Assembly (NCBI RefSeq): GCF_000143415.4 | Contig: NW_003314344.1 | Coordinates: 194,336 to 258,335, forward strand | Length of the DNA stretch: 64,000 nt | Direction: 5' to 3' | Source of the DNA: Selaginella moellendorffii | Lineage: Eukaryota > Plantae > Lycopodiophyta | In this document: one piece after another, positions 1 through 11,765 of the stretch | Position numbering within the stretch: the stretch's first letter is position 1 | Layout of the letters: each line of letters begins with the position of its first letter | Position numbers and translations under genes: made by a program | The notes under the pieces: generated by a model | The model's database searches: none | Told to the model about the DNA's origin: nothing | What the model saw: only the letters and a program-made list of their open reading frames with translations

Positions 1-648
1 ATATCGACACCCTCAAGAACCATCTTGCCGGAGCTTGTAGCGGACTGCCTGCTTGTGTCGTAGCTGCTCTTCTCGGAGATGGACAGCTCGGGGGCTACCA
101 GCTGTCCGTCACACCTGAACAAAGTATCGGAGCTTGATACGTAGTAGTCGCACGAACAGGATCTGCTGCGAATGGCATACATAAGTAGCTCACTGACGAT
201 CTGGTAACACCAGAATGCACAGGGCTTACGGATGACAAGGTTGCTGTCCACCATCTTGAATATCAGCTCGTACTTGCATGTCATCTTATGCAGCGGGAGC
301 TTCACGTCAGGCGGAAGAACAATCTCTACAATATTCGATGGCTCCTTCCCCGTTACAATGTGTGAGCCAGCAGGAAGTTCGACGTGCTGCCCCCAGCAGT
401 CAACATAGACCGCCTGAAAAGCACACAGGGGTCGTCAAATGCAAGAAGCAAAATACAAAGTCACTTCCGTTCATGCTTAGCAGTTACAGGGTGATTTATA
501 TCTTACGGACACAGTCATCAAATGCTCATTCACCTTGCTGTTTTCATTCATGCTTAGTTTGATCGCTTACCTCATGGCTTCCGTTTGTGAAACTATCTCC
601 CTCTCCCTCTCCATCCAAGCACGGCTCCAGGCTAGCCATGGCAGACAT
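1..648 (-). CDS. Partial spliced gene running off the window's left edge; putative Uma2-like PD-(D/E)XK nuclease-fold protein
   Basis: Exon 1 is 648-571 (MSAMASLEPCLDGEGEGDSFTNGSHE, followed by a GTAAGC donor). After a TTTTCAG acceptor, exon 2 (413-1) stays open in phase 0: AVYVDCWGQ...KYELIFKMVDSNLVIRKP...QIVSELL...LVAPELSISE...KMVLEGVD. The YEL...P...P(D/E)xS...VxE spacing resembles Uma2 family proteins. It is absent from the ORF track, presumably because no stop lies inside the window. Confidence 0.5.
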
Positions 649-2835
649 GAGATTTCGCAATCCCTTAGTACACTCTATTGCTTACCTGAGATTGTTCACC
701 TTGCGCGGCCTCTGCCTTTTCATGGGTTTGACCTAGGTTTAGGGGTGATTAGTGGCTTTAGCCTTTGCTAATTAACGTCACTTCAGAGACTATAGATTAT
801 TCTCAATACAAAAGTGTGTAAAGTCCACATTCTAAGTGAGTAGCATGGTACTCTAATTTTCTCCTCTCTTTCTCTCTCGCTCACTCTCTCTCTCTGTCTA
901 CTTGTTCTCACCTCAATCTTCCCCTGAAAACCTTTATAGATGTATATGCCTTTCTCTCACTTTTGCTCTCTGCTCGTTCCCACTTCAATCTTCCTGCCTC
1001 TTCAATGAAAACCTCAACAGACATACATCGACCATGGCTGAAAAAGCACATAAAAAACATCAGGTTGCACTATAACTGTTTAGATATGCACAATTTACAT
1101 AACATAACAATGTGCCCTCTCTGCATTCTCTGAGTGCTGTACAGACTCTTTCCTCTTCTGCTGCTCAATTCCTCTTGGATTTTTCTGCATTACCTTCATC
1201 ATGGAGACCATAAACTTAGTTGTTAAGGAGATGATTAAACAAGCATTTTAGGGGATAAGTTTTCAACGCCAAAGGGCATCTAACATCAATCCAAAGTTTT
1301 ACAAGCTGAGGGTAAAAGAGCTGTAAAAAAATGTGAGAGGCAAGCAGGCCATGTGAGAAGTACCGACATTAGTCGTGTGTTGAGATGACCCGTGTGCAAG
1401 AACCACGACAACATCTAGCTTGCAACTTTGCTTGGGTTTGGGGTCAAACAAAAGCGTGTCTTAAGGCCCTTCTAATGGAATGATTAGAGAGGAGTGCCAC
1501 AAATCTAATTTAACCTCAGCTCATCGCGTACACCATGCCAACTGGGTCTCACTGATTCTTCCACGATCAAACAATTGCATGGGTCGATCGAAATCTAGAA
1601 ATCGCTTGAGGAGCTCCACCGACGTAGAGTCCCACTCCTTTAAAAACCACAAAAAACTATACAATCTCAAAGACCGTTGAAACCATACATTGCAATAATT
1701 AACATTATGAAATTTTGGAATATTTTTCTTTTTCGCGCCACACGCCGCCATTAAGATGGTTCTTTCTTTCACCAGCGCGGTAACTTTCACGCTGTGACGT
1801 TTTCACCATCCGTGTAGAACGTCAAGGTAAAACTCACCGCCACCTTTTGTGACCTTTGGCACCCCCTAAAGAGGAGGAAGCCTCGGCCAATGGCTATTGG
1901 TGGCAACTTGGCAAGGGCTTTAGTTTTCACACGCGTGAGGGAACTTCATCTCTCTTCCACAGCACACTTTTTACTTTTCACCACTGTGTGGAAGCACCTG
2001 ATGTCTCTGGTAAAAACCTACACAATGTACCTACATTTTTACATACCTAGACCCCGTTGATTAACTTCCCGGCTGGGCCTTACCATTGGTTTACCCCGGC
2101 ATAAATTCCTCTGACCGCCACTGGAAGCAGCCGCCAGGGGCGTAAATGCGGCGCCGCGGCGCCTCGACGTAGTGCCCGAGAATATCCTCCGGAATCTCAA
2201 CCCCGCCCCGCGCATATTCCCTCGCCGTCCCATCCGTCCGATCGCAACCGTTGGATTTCGGCCTCCATATCTAATTATGCTAAAATATCTGGTGGCCGGA
2301 GCATCCGGAGCCGTCGATCCTTTGCGCTTTCCAAAACCGGTGCGGCAGATCTTGGCCGTTGGATGGATTCCTGGACGGAATGGCCAGGCTAAACCGAGAA
2401 AGAAGGGAAGCGGGGGGCATTTCTTATTTCTTTCGCTCGCGCTGCTTTGCTCCTTTCGTTCGCGCTGTGAATCTTCCTGGCTCGCTCGCGAAGCAATCCT
2501 CTTTGGTCTATTGCGGGAGCTCTAAAATCGGTGGCTGCCAATTTCGGGCACTCCAATCTTGCACTCCCAAGTGCTCCAATCGTCAGGTCATCCCTTTCTC
2601 AGCGCTTCGATCGATCCATTGCCATTGGCTTCTCTTTTGAGTTCTTGGTAGAGTTCTTTGCTTCTTTCGCTCGTTCTTCCCGGAAGAAAGAAGAGAGGAT
2701 CCTCCTGTGTTTCTTTGTTCTTCGCGGTGGATCCTTGTTCTTACATGTATCGTCTCGGCTTCGCGACACACCGCTGCATTGGCAGCTCTAATCGCAAGGA
2801 TTCCAAAGATTCGTTGGCCTGTTCTTCCAGGGATC

Positions 2836-4653
2836 ATGCCGGGATTCGTTGTCACGACTACTAGCGGCGCTGCTACCTCGCCGCCGGCTAAAGCCTCCGC
2901 CGCCAAGAAGAAGCGGCAGTGCTTTTGGCTGGAAGCTCCTCTCGCTTCTTGTCACCAATCGGGGCGGGAGGAGGCGATCGATGATGAGATCGATCGACCC
3001 AAGAAAGTGCGCGTGATCTGCGTCGACCCGGACGCTACCGATTCCTCGAGCGACGAGGAAGAGAGTGGTGGCGCGAGGCGGCGAGGCGGTGGCGATCGTC
3101 CTTGGTCTTGCGCGTTTGATAGCGAGGAGGAAGAGGAGGACGATCGGCTGAGCTACTCGAGCTACTTTAGCGCTCTCAAAGCGCGGGCTTTCCAGCAAGA
3201 TTTGCGCGGCAGCGCGGCGGCGGAGGAGGAGGAGGAGGAAGAGATCTTGGCGGTGGTGGAAACCGACGAGGATCGTATGGAATCGACCAAGAACAAGGAG
3301 GCTTCTTCTCTGACCTCTCAGCAAATCCCCGGGAAGGGCAATAGAGCTTCTGGTGTTGCTACCACGCTCGCGAATCCCTCCGGAGGGACGGGAGCGATCA
3401 AGAAGAGGAAGATCAAGGATGGGGGATCGAAGCAGCAGCAGCAAAAGTATCGCGGAGTGAGGCAACGGCCCTGGGGAAAATGGGCTGCCGAGATTCGCGA
3501 TCCTGTCAAGGGCGTCCGGCTATGGCTCGGGACTTACGACACTGCCGAGGCCGCCGCCGAGGCCTACGATCGAGCAGCGCGCAAGATTCGCGGGCCCCAA
3601 GCACACACAAACTTCTCCACTTTTCTCAATGCTCCTCCCGTTAGCGCCACCGCCGCCACACCACCGCCACCTCCGCCGCCACATTCGTGTGTCATTCCCT
3701 CCTCGTCTTCCTCGTCTTGCTCGGCGCTGCCCAAGAAATCCTCGCCACCAGCGGCGTTTGTGTGCGCCACCAACTTCCAGTCCGAGTCCGACGAGGCTGT
3801 TCTCGATTGCGACGATGATCCAGCTCCGCTACCAGCGGCGGTGGTGGCGGAGGAGCGTGCTAGCGGCGGCGATGATCAGGAGGAGGATCTAGAGAAGGCT
3901 GTGAATCCTTGCGCGAGCAGCAGTAGTAGCAATGGGATCACTTGCATCATCAATGCTGCGCAGGACCAGCACCACCACTCGAGTTCCAAGGAGGAGGATC
4001 TGGCGGTGGTCTCGAATGACGATGAGCGTTCTTCGATCGGCCAGTGCCAATCCAAGGCCAGCTCCGTCATTGCCAGAAAGCCCAGGATGAAGCTCAAGCC
4101 TCGATCGAGCAAGCTTCCCAGCTCTTGGAGCTCCTCTCCAAAGATCGTGGAGAAGGAGGACAAGGCCGTGGACAAGGAGGAGGACAAGGTGGATTGGGCG
4201 GCGCTCTCGCCTGTTCGCATTGGCGAGGAGCGCTGCCTGTCGATGATCCAGCAGCAATCGCCAGCGTCGGTGCTGGTGCGCAGTCTCTCGTTCGAGGAGG
4301 AGTCGTGGGGGGATTTCATGGATTTGAATCGCCACGACCGCCCTCCTCGCGGCATTGAGGAGGAGAGTAGCCTCTTCGGTAGCGGCGGAGGTGATGGAGG
4401 AGCGTCATCGCAGTTCGATGAGATTTTTAGCGGCGCCGCCACCAGCAGCAGCAGCGATGGATTGACGGTGGATTCGTGGGTGAAGAGCGAGAGGGAGCTC
4501 CCATCGCCACTGCCAGTGGCGGGCATGGATTTGGAGGAGTTTGGGCTGGGCGTGGACGAGGCTTCGTTTCTGGATGGTTTGCTCGACGATTCGGCTCCAT
4601 GGCTGGAGCTTGACCTTCCCGGGGATGATTTTCTCATCATGCCGACTGTTTGA
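2836..4653 (+). CDS. CRF: AP2/ERF transcription factor, cytokinin response factor (CRF) type; intronless
   Basis: First in-frame ATG is at 2836 within ORF 2707-4653. It has the CRF motif [20 protein letters not shown], the AP2 domain [20 protein letters not shown]...[26 protein letters not shown], an SPASVL motif and an acidic C-terminus. Confidence 0.92.
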   Translation: MPGFVVTTTSGAATSPPAKASAAKKKRQCFWLEAPLASCHQSGREEAIDDEIDRPKKVRVICVDPDATDSSSDEEESGGARRRGGGDRPWSCAFDSEEEEEDDRLSYSSYFSALKARAFQQDLRGSAAAEEEEEEEILAVVETDEDRMESTKNKEASSLTSQQIPGKGNRASGVATTLANPSGGTGAIKKRKIKDGGSKQQQQKYRGVRQRPWGKWAAEIRDPVKGVRLWLGTYDTAEAAAEAYDRAARKIRGPQAHTNFSTFLNAPPVSATAATPPPPPPPHSCVIPSSSSSSCSALPKKSSPPAAFVCATNFQSESDEAVLDCDDDPAPLPAAVVAEERASGGDDQEEDLEKAVNPCASSSSSNGITCIINAAQDQHHHSSSKEEDLAVVSNDDERSSIGQCQSKASSVIARKPRMKLKPRSSKLPSSWSSSPKIVEKEDKAVDKEEDKVDWAALSPVRIGEERCLSMIQQQSPASVLVRSLSFEEESWGDFMDLNRHDRPPRGIEEESSLFGSGGGDGGASSQFDEIFSGAATSSSSDGLTVDSWVKSERELPSPLPVAGMDLEEFGLGVDEASFLDGLLDDSAPWLELDLPGDDFLIMPTV

Positions 4654-7234
4654 TTCTTCGAGAGAGCGATCCATCCGCCAAGAGAAAGTTTTGAGTGGGA
4701 AGAAAAGTTGGGAATGTTTGCTTGAAAAAGTTTTGTTAGAGGTGGTATACATATTATCGCTAGTATTAACTGATTAATCACTATCAATGGCCATGAGATT
4801 CGTGAAAAGCTCGAGCTCGACGAACGCTCTCGCAAGACCATAGGGGCAGATCTTTCTTGCACGACCTGCGGTCATGCGAATTAAAAAGATTTCAAGCTCT
4901 TGGATTGGATTGATTTGTCAAACATAAAGGAGTGGAATTTTCTTTGGTTCTTGGCAATTACAAAGGGTTTTTTTTTCCATGCTTGCTTGAATCCGTGTCT
5001 AAAGTTAATGTTGTCTTGGCCGAGACCACGGATTCTTTGGCGCATACTAAAATGCCCACGCCTGGCAAATTTTGTGGTGGCAGTGGACGATTTTAGATCT
5101 GCTTCTTCTTGCATTGAATCGACGTGCAAACAATAGTCATGACACTCATTCAATTCGATGTTCGCTAAATTGCTAAAATTCTCAGCCGAGAAACCATTGT
5201 TTGAGCTTGAGCCTGTTTTAATAACTGCATGCATGTGATCCCTTGTCAAGGTGATGGATGTGAAATTCAAGGGCGGAGCAAGAACCCTAGGCGAGTCACT
5301 TGATTGCACGTCCATTTCATATGAATAAGTGGGAGGGTGGCGGATGTGTAAGTGGGAGTAAGGTGGTGATAGCTTAGGAATTTTTGTGGGTGGTCCAGTT
5401 TTGAGCAGCAGGAAAACTACAGAGCTCAAAAAGCCTTATGAGATGGACACTTTGAAGCTGGAGAGTAATATTGGTGATGGCGATTGGAGATTTGGAATTT
5501 TAACTAAGACTGATTGCTGCCTAGCAGAAATTCCCCCACTCAGCCATAACAAGGGGAAGAGAGATTCTCGAGAATCTAAGGAGAATATAGCTCCTGAATC
5601 TAGAATTCCACACAGTTATATTTCATCATTCCTGGGGAAAGTGCGTGAGCTGAGTGATCACAAAGAGCATGGCCAACAACACAACACAACAGAAACACAA
5701 AGTTTTATACTATAGAAAATACTTGGGTGGTGTTAAAGCGTTCCAGGCAGGCCAAAGAAGGAATGGCCCCCTCTGGAGCATGCAGAAGCAGCAGCAGTGC
5801 TCAGGAGCAGCAAACAAAACCCAAAAAAAATAAATTCAATAATTAAATTAAACTAGAAGTTAATTCTGCCAAAATGGTAGCAAACAATCTTCTATGAAGA
5901 GGCGTGGGTTTTTGGGTGGACGAGGAATTGGTCGTCGCCGCGACTGGAAAAACTTAAAGCAAATCTCTGCCAGTCCTTATATTATTGGATCAACACAGCA
6001 CAGCGCATACCATACAAGTTTTTCCAAGTGGTGTGTTTCGTTTTTGTTGAGAGAGGGGGGCACGAATCTAAAGAAAACAATGTGGTGCTCCCAAACAACT
6101 TGTCCGCCGAGATCTAAGTGGTGACGGTCGAATTCGATATCTTAGCAAGATCGCACCATGGGCGATCCATTATCATATTTACTTTCATCCCTCAGTCCAA
6201 ACCATAATAGAAATGTCATCGCGATTGCAAGACGAGCATGATGTTTCGAGGTTCTTGGCATCGGGATCCCCGAAGAAAACTAATAGATCAAGCCCAGTGC
6301 TTAGATAGATCCATCTTATAAACAAAGCCATGGCTAAGAAAAATAGGAATCTTCTAAGTTGCCAAGACTCATATGTTACAAGCTTAAGCGTTTTGCCAGC
6401 CGTGTTTGAAGCGATAGATTTACTCCACGATGTCGCCGCTACCGTACGGGAGCACAAACCGAGATCACGTGAGCCACTTTCGTCGCCGTTGACCGACATG
6501 ACACGTCACTGACACGTAGAGACAAATGGCACCGACGTACAATACGTGGCATTCGGGTCTTCGTTTTCTTGAATGCTCGTCTGCTGCACGATCTCGTGTC
6601 GTAAGCCACAGCGGGACGTGCTGAAAGTGAAGTGGATCTCTAACGATCCATTCCAGTCGAGTACAAGTTTGCTCCTTGTCGATCAATCGAATCGTTTCCA
6701 CTTCTTGCTGCTACAGCTTATAGTTTTCATTTTTGTTGTTTGCCCACGAGAAAATCGGCGAAGAAAAAGTTTTTCCATGCAATGCATGGCGTGGGATGGA
6801 TCCTCGGACACAGTGACGCGAATATTTTCGGCATTGAATGAAATGGGGGCCTGATGGTGGGCTGCAATAAAAGTGGACATTTTACAATAACATCACATAT
6901 ATAGTATAAGCTATTCCTGTATACGAGTGTACGAGTGTACCACTACTGGAGTCCACACTGACACACCCAAAAGGTTTTTGCAAACGCTCGGAATTCTAAG
7001 GAAAAACGCTCCATATTAATTCATTTCAGATTAGCTAGATCATTAGCCAGTAACGCTTGCAAGTTACACACCTCTCTTCCTCAAGAACACTCATGCCGGC
7101 GCCTCTCTTGCAGCCTCCTCTTGATTCTTCCGAAACAATCAAAAAAGAAAGCTAAGAGAAATCTAATTCTTCGCTACTCTCAAGCTGTAGGAGGAAAATC
7201 TCTTCTCCGGAATCGTTTACTGCAAACAACTATC

Positions 7235-7235
<1 letters not shown>

Positions 7236-7270
<35 letters not shown>
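7236..7270. repeat. (GA)n microsatellite
   Basis: Direct reading of the agagag... run. Confidence 0.9.
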
Positions 7271-8692
7271 TTGTAATCTTTGGCTCGAACACAATCAATC
7301 TCTTGTCCTTGATATCATGGAGGACGGTGTGACCACCCTGGTCTGGGTTTCCATTTCAACCATCAACGTGACAAGGGTCATATAGTAGCAACCTGTGCAT
7401 ATAGCCTCATCAACACACTACACCAGGCTAACATGATGACGTGAACATACGGTCTTTCACACTAGTCTATAGTTCTTCCCATGGCTCCCAGGCAATCAGC
7501 TGCAGCTGCAGGATGGTCGCAACTAGAAGAGACCCGGGCCTTCATGAAGGATTACCTACAGGACATCAACCCTGGCGCCACTGGGACATGCACTATATTG
7601 CCAATACTGAACTAGTGGAAGTCTAGCTAGCACAGTGCCACTTCGGAGCATTAGAAAACTACAACTCTGAATAAAGGCCAAGGGTCTTCACTCATATATT
7701 CCAGACTATGAGTTGAATAGCAGTAGCCAAGATTTTAGCCACGCCAGAATCCCATGTAGATTCAAGAATAGCGCCAGGGATAAAGGAAAAGGAGTATGGA
7801 ACAAAGGAGTGAAGGTCTTCAAGCTTCCTGTCAATAGGCAAAGATTTCCATACCAAGACCAAGAACAATATCACTATGGGGCATGGAGTATAGAGGTTAA
7901 AGCTTGAAGATTGCATGGAGCATGGAGCAGGGGCATTGAAGCTCAAGAGCGGGAAGACATGGACAACAACATTGCGACCACAATGTTCTTCAAAACGGCA
8001 TTTCTAGATTTCTTGGTCTCATCCTTCATGGTGGGCGCTGTAAACAGTATATGAATGAATGAAATTATTCTAGATCCATATCCATGGAAGACTCCATCTC
8101 TATCTGAAGGGAAAATGGACTCTTTTATTCTAGATCCATATCCTTGGAACATGACCGAGATGACTCTCCATCTGAAACTTTCGTGAGTTCCTTCTCAGGG
8201 CCTGATGTGGGAATCACAAACATAGTTGGGATGTCAACCTTGGCTTAACTTCTAGAGTTTGGACACCCCCCGATCGATCAAAGAACAGAGCATTGGAGCA
8301 CGAGATTGCACGAACTATCGCGGACTATTGCGGAAGATCTCGCTCGACCGCCATAGCCAAGAGCTTGCTGCTCGTCGCGAAATGAGAGTGGTCAATGAAC
8401 TGCAGCCGTGGGTAAGGTAATTTTACAAAGGAGATAAATACCACGGGTTAGAACAGAAATTAGGTTTTAGATCGAGCACAAGGGCTGCGGGGAGCGCCAA
8501 TTGAAGTAAGTCCCAGCTCGATTTCTCCCTCTCGATCTCTAGATCTAGCTGCCGCTAGCTGCAGATCCGGGCAGCGCCTCTCTCTCTCTCTCGCCTGCTC
8601 GATTGGATCGGCGGCGCGGGCTAGGGTTTTTGCTTGTCGCGGTCGGATTTTGACGGAGATTTTTTCATACAGGATCGATCTCTCTCGGCGCC

Positions 8693-10418
8693 ATGGGTAG
8701 CGGATTTCGCGTGTTGCATTTGGTGCGGCCTTTCCTCTCGGTCCTTCCCGAGGTTCAAACGGCCGATAGGAAGGTCCCGTTCAGGGAAAAGGTTATGTAC
8801 ACGGTGGTTTCCTTGTTCATCTTCCTGGTTTGTAGCCAGCTCCCACTCTACGGGATCCACTCGGCCAATGGATCCGATCCGTTTTACTGGATGCGCGTCA
8901 TCCTGGCTTCCAACCGCGGGACTGTGATGGAATTGGGAATTACTCCCATCGTTACTTCTGGTCTTGTGATGCAGCTCTTGGCTGGCTCGAAGATTATCGA
9001 GGTTGACAACAACGTGAGAGAAGACCGAGCTCTTTTGTAAGTGTTTTTGACATTTGTGCCTGGTGGCTTCTACTGATGGTTTTGTGGGACTTTGTAGGAA
9101 CGGAGCTCAAAAGCTTCTGGGTGTTTTGATCACGATTGGTGAAGCTGTTGCGTACGTTTTGTCTGGAATGTACGGCGATGTTCGTGATCTCGGAGCCGGC
9201 AACGCGATTCTGATCATCATTCAGCTCTTCTTCGCTGGTATCCTTGTCATTTGCCTGGATGAACTCCTCCAGAAGGGATACGGGCTTGGATCGGGAATCT
9301 CGTTGTTCATAGCCACCAACATCTGGTGAGAGAAACCTTTTTCTTTTCAAGCTCTGATTTTTTCTATTGTATCTGTGACAGTGAGAACATCATCTGGAAG
9401 GCGTTTAGTCCGACTACCATCAACAGTGGCCGTGGAGCTGAGTTCGAGGGAGCTATCATTGCTCTGTTCCACCTCTTGATCACGAGAACTGACAAGGTCC
9501 GAGCACTCAAGGAGGCTTTTTACAGGCAAAACCTGCCAAACGTGACAAACCTCTGTGCCACCGTGATCGTCTTCCTCATTGTCATCTACTTCCAAGGCTT
9601 CCGCGTTGTCCTTCCCGTGAGATCCAAGAGCGCTCGTGGACAGCAGGGTTTCTATCCCATCAAGCTCTTCTACACTTCGAATATGCCTATCATTCTCCAG
9701 TCGGCGCTCGTCTCGAACTTGTACTTCATCTCTCAGGTAAGACGTGACTTCGCTTTAGTTCTCGGTTGAAACTTCTTTTCTGGTTTACTTCCAGCTCCTG
9801 TATAGGAGGTACAGCACAAACCTTCTCGTGAATCTCTTGGGCCAATGGAAGGAGTCGGAGTACTCGCACAGTGGTCAGCTTGTGCCTGTTGGAGGGCTCG
9901 TCTACTTCATAACTCCGCCTTCGAGGTGAGCTACAAAATCGTTCTTTTTTTTCACTTGATTTGACAAGGATAAACTTGCAGCTTGGCGGATATGGTGACA
10001 CACCCCTTCCACGCTCTGTTTTACCTCACTTTCATGCTCACGGCATGCGCTCTCTTTTCCAAGACGTGGATTGAGGTTTCTGGTTCCTCGGCTAGAGATG
10101 TGGCCAAGCAGCTTCGGGTAAGCAAGAACTTTTAGCTCGTAACTCGATCTTTCTGACTTCTCTCCCCGGGAATTGCAGGAGCAACAAATGGTCATGCCCG
10201 GACACCGAGAAGCCAACCTCCAGAGGGAACTCAATCGCTACATTCCAACCGCGGCGGCCTTTGGTGGTATTTGTATCGGAGCTCTGACGGTGGTGGCCGA
10301 TTTCATGGGAGCGATTGGTTCTGGAACTGGAATCCTCTTGGCCGTGACGATCATCTACCAGTACTTTGAGACATTTGACAAGGAACGGGCAACCGAAATC
10401 GGGCTGTTCGGGTTTTAA
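8693..10418 (+). CDS. SEC61A: Protein transport protein Sec61 subunit alpha (multi-exon)
   Basis: N-terminus [21 protein letters not shown], internal [31 protein letters not shown] and [17 protein letters not shown]-terminus [21 protein letters not shown]. Split by short GT-AG introns (first one 9037-9097). Confidence 0.97.
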
Positions 10419-10556
10419 GCTCGCAACTTCACCGGAAGAAAAGTTTTGGAAAAAGTTCCCTGTAACTCGTGAAAGAACCAACTGATGTGAAGTGCAAATA
10501 TTTCCTCAAAAAAAGATTGCAAGGCCTCGAAGTTTACTATCTACATTGCTACTTCT

Positions 10557-11716
10557 TTACCAGGGATTATATCCGCTTGATTCTTCCTCGGTGGTAGCAG
10601 CGGTAGTGCTCGCCGGTGTTGGTTTAGAGCTTTTTAGGACTCCTTTAGCTTCCAGATCGGCGATTTGCTGTGTAACGAAGGAAGGAGTGTAGTAGCCATC
10701 GATCCAGAGCCCCTCACCGTTGCTCTTGTGCTTAAAGTCTGGTGCCTTTGGATTTCTCTGGCAAGAAAAAGAAGTTTCGATCGTGTGATCGTGTAAAAAC
10801 TTGGGTGTACCTTGTTGTCACGATTGTCGTACCAATCGTTGGGACTGGAGAAGAACAGCTTCCACGATTTCTCAGCGGCTAGTTTTTTCTCTGCTAGCAA
10901 CAGCGGGAGGAAGCATTCAGGCTGGAAAGGAGGAAGAGTTTCCAAGCAAAATTACCTGTTGGTCCTGGTTTGATGGCTGTAGCTGTTGGTAAAGGTTGGG
11001 CTTTAGAACCGTATAGATCGTCCACGAAGTGAAGGTCTGATACTTCCACCTGATAACAGAAGCAATACCAAAATGAAAAATAACTTCTAGAAGATCTTTC
11101 TACCTTCCAAAGAACTTGAGGCCCTTCGCCAGTATTCGGATCCATTTTCTCCACTAGAACACGACCACCAACGTGGATTCTATCTCCTTTTCTAACGTGT
11201 TGAGCAGCAATCTCTGCTAGATCGTTTTGAAACTCCAAGAAAAACCTGTGAGAAAAAAGAAAAAAAACGTATACAGAGAGAAGCTTTTCTCTTCTTTCTC
11301 CACTGGAAGAACTTCTAGAGATCGGCTTACCAGGATGGATCGCCCTGTGGAGCCTTCTTGACGCTCAAGCTCGAGGTAGCAACGATCGTTCCATTGTCGA
11401 GGTACTTGATGTCGGGATTCACTCCCACGCTGCCGATCAAATGGATGGTGTTGGCGAGGCTCTTGTCATAGCCCACCGACGAAGGCCGTGGGAACTGGGG
11501 CCTGGAATCGCCCTCTGCCGGCTGCGCCGCGGCCTTTGCCTGCCGCGCCGATCCAATGCTGCGTGTTACCACCGCTCGCAGCGGCTTCAATCCAAATGCC
11601 TCCGCGGACTGTGCCGACGCGAGCCTGGCCGTGAGCGCGAAGAAATGCCGCTGCCGGGGCGCCGCCAGTGGGGGAGAGAACGCGGCAGCGCAGCGGATTC
11701 GCAGGAGACACGCCAT
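10557..11716 (-). CDS. OSB: Organellar single-stranded DNA-binding protein (transit peptide + SSB OB fold + PDF motif), multi-exon
   Basis: Ala/Arg/Ser-rich N-terminus. SSB motifs LANTIHLIGSVGVNP and LAEIAAQHVRKGDRIHVGGR. PDF motif WKLFFSSPNDWYDNRDNK-RNPKAPDFKHKSNGEGLW. Stop TAA at 10559-10557. Confidence 0.88.
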
Positions 11717-11765
11717 AGCCGATTAAACCCTAAACCCCCGCGATATTTTAGGGTTCTAAGGAAAA
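11717..11765. promoter_or_regulatory. 49-bp head-to-head intergenic spacer with opposed telo-box-like motifs
   Basis: AAACCCTAA (~11725-11733) and TTTAGGGTT (~11747-11755) lie between the OSB ATG (11716, minus) and the WD40 ATG (11766, plus). Confidence 0.6.

Noticed and set aside
870-900. miR156/529-like sequence (gctcactctctctctctgtc)
   Set aside because: It lies in a CT-rich low-complexity tract, and no complementary arm for a precursor was found nearby.
2788-4862. Antisense ORFs of 225 and 328 aa over the CRF gene, and the 303-aa plus-strand ORF over Fic (15368-16279)
   Set aside because: Shadow frames of GC-rich coding sequence with no recognisable motifs.
7440-8200. Short ORFs and a 24-bp direct repeat at 60-bp spacing (~8066 and ~8126; GYGSRI twice)
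   Set aside because: No recognisable family, splice structure or signal peptide.
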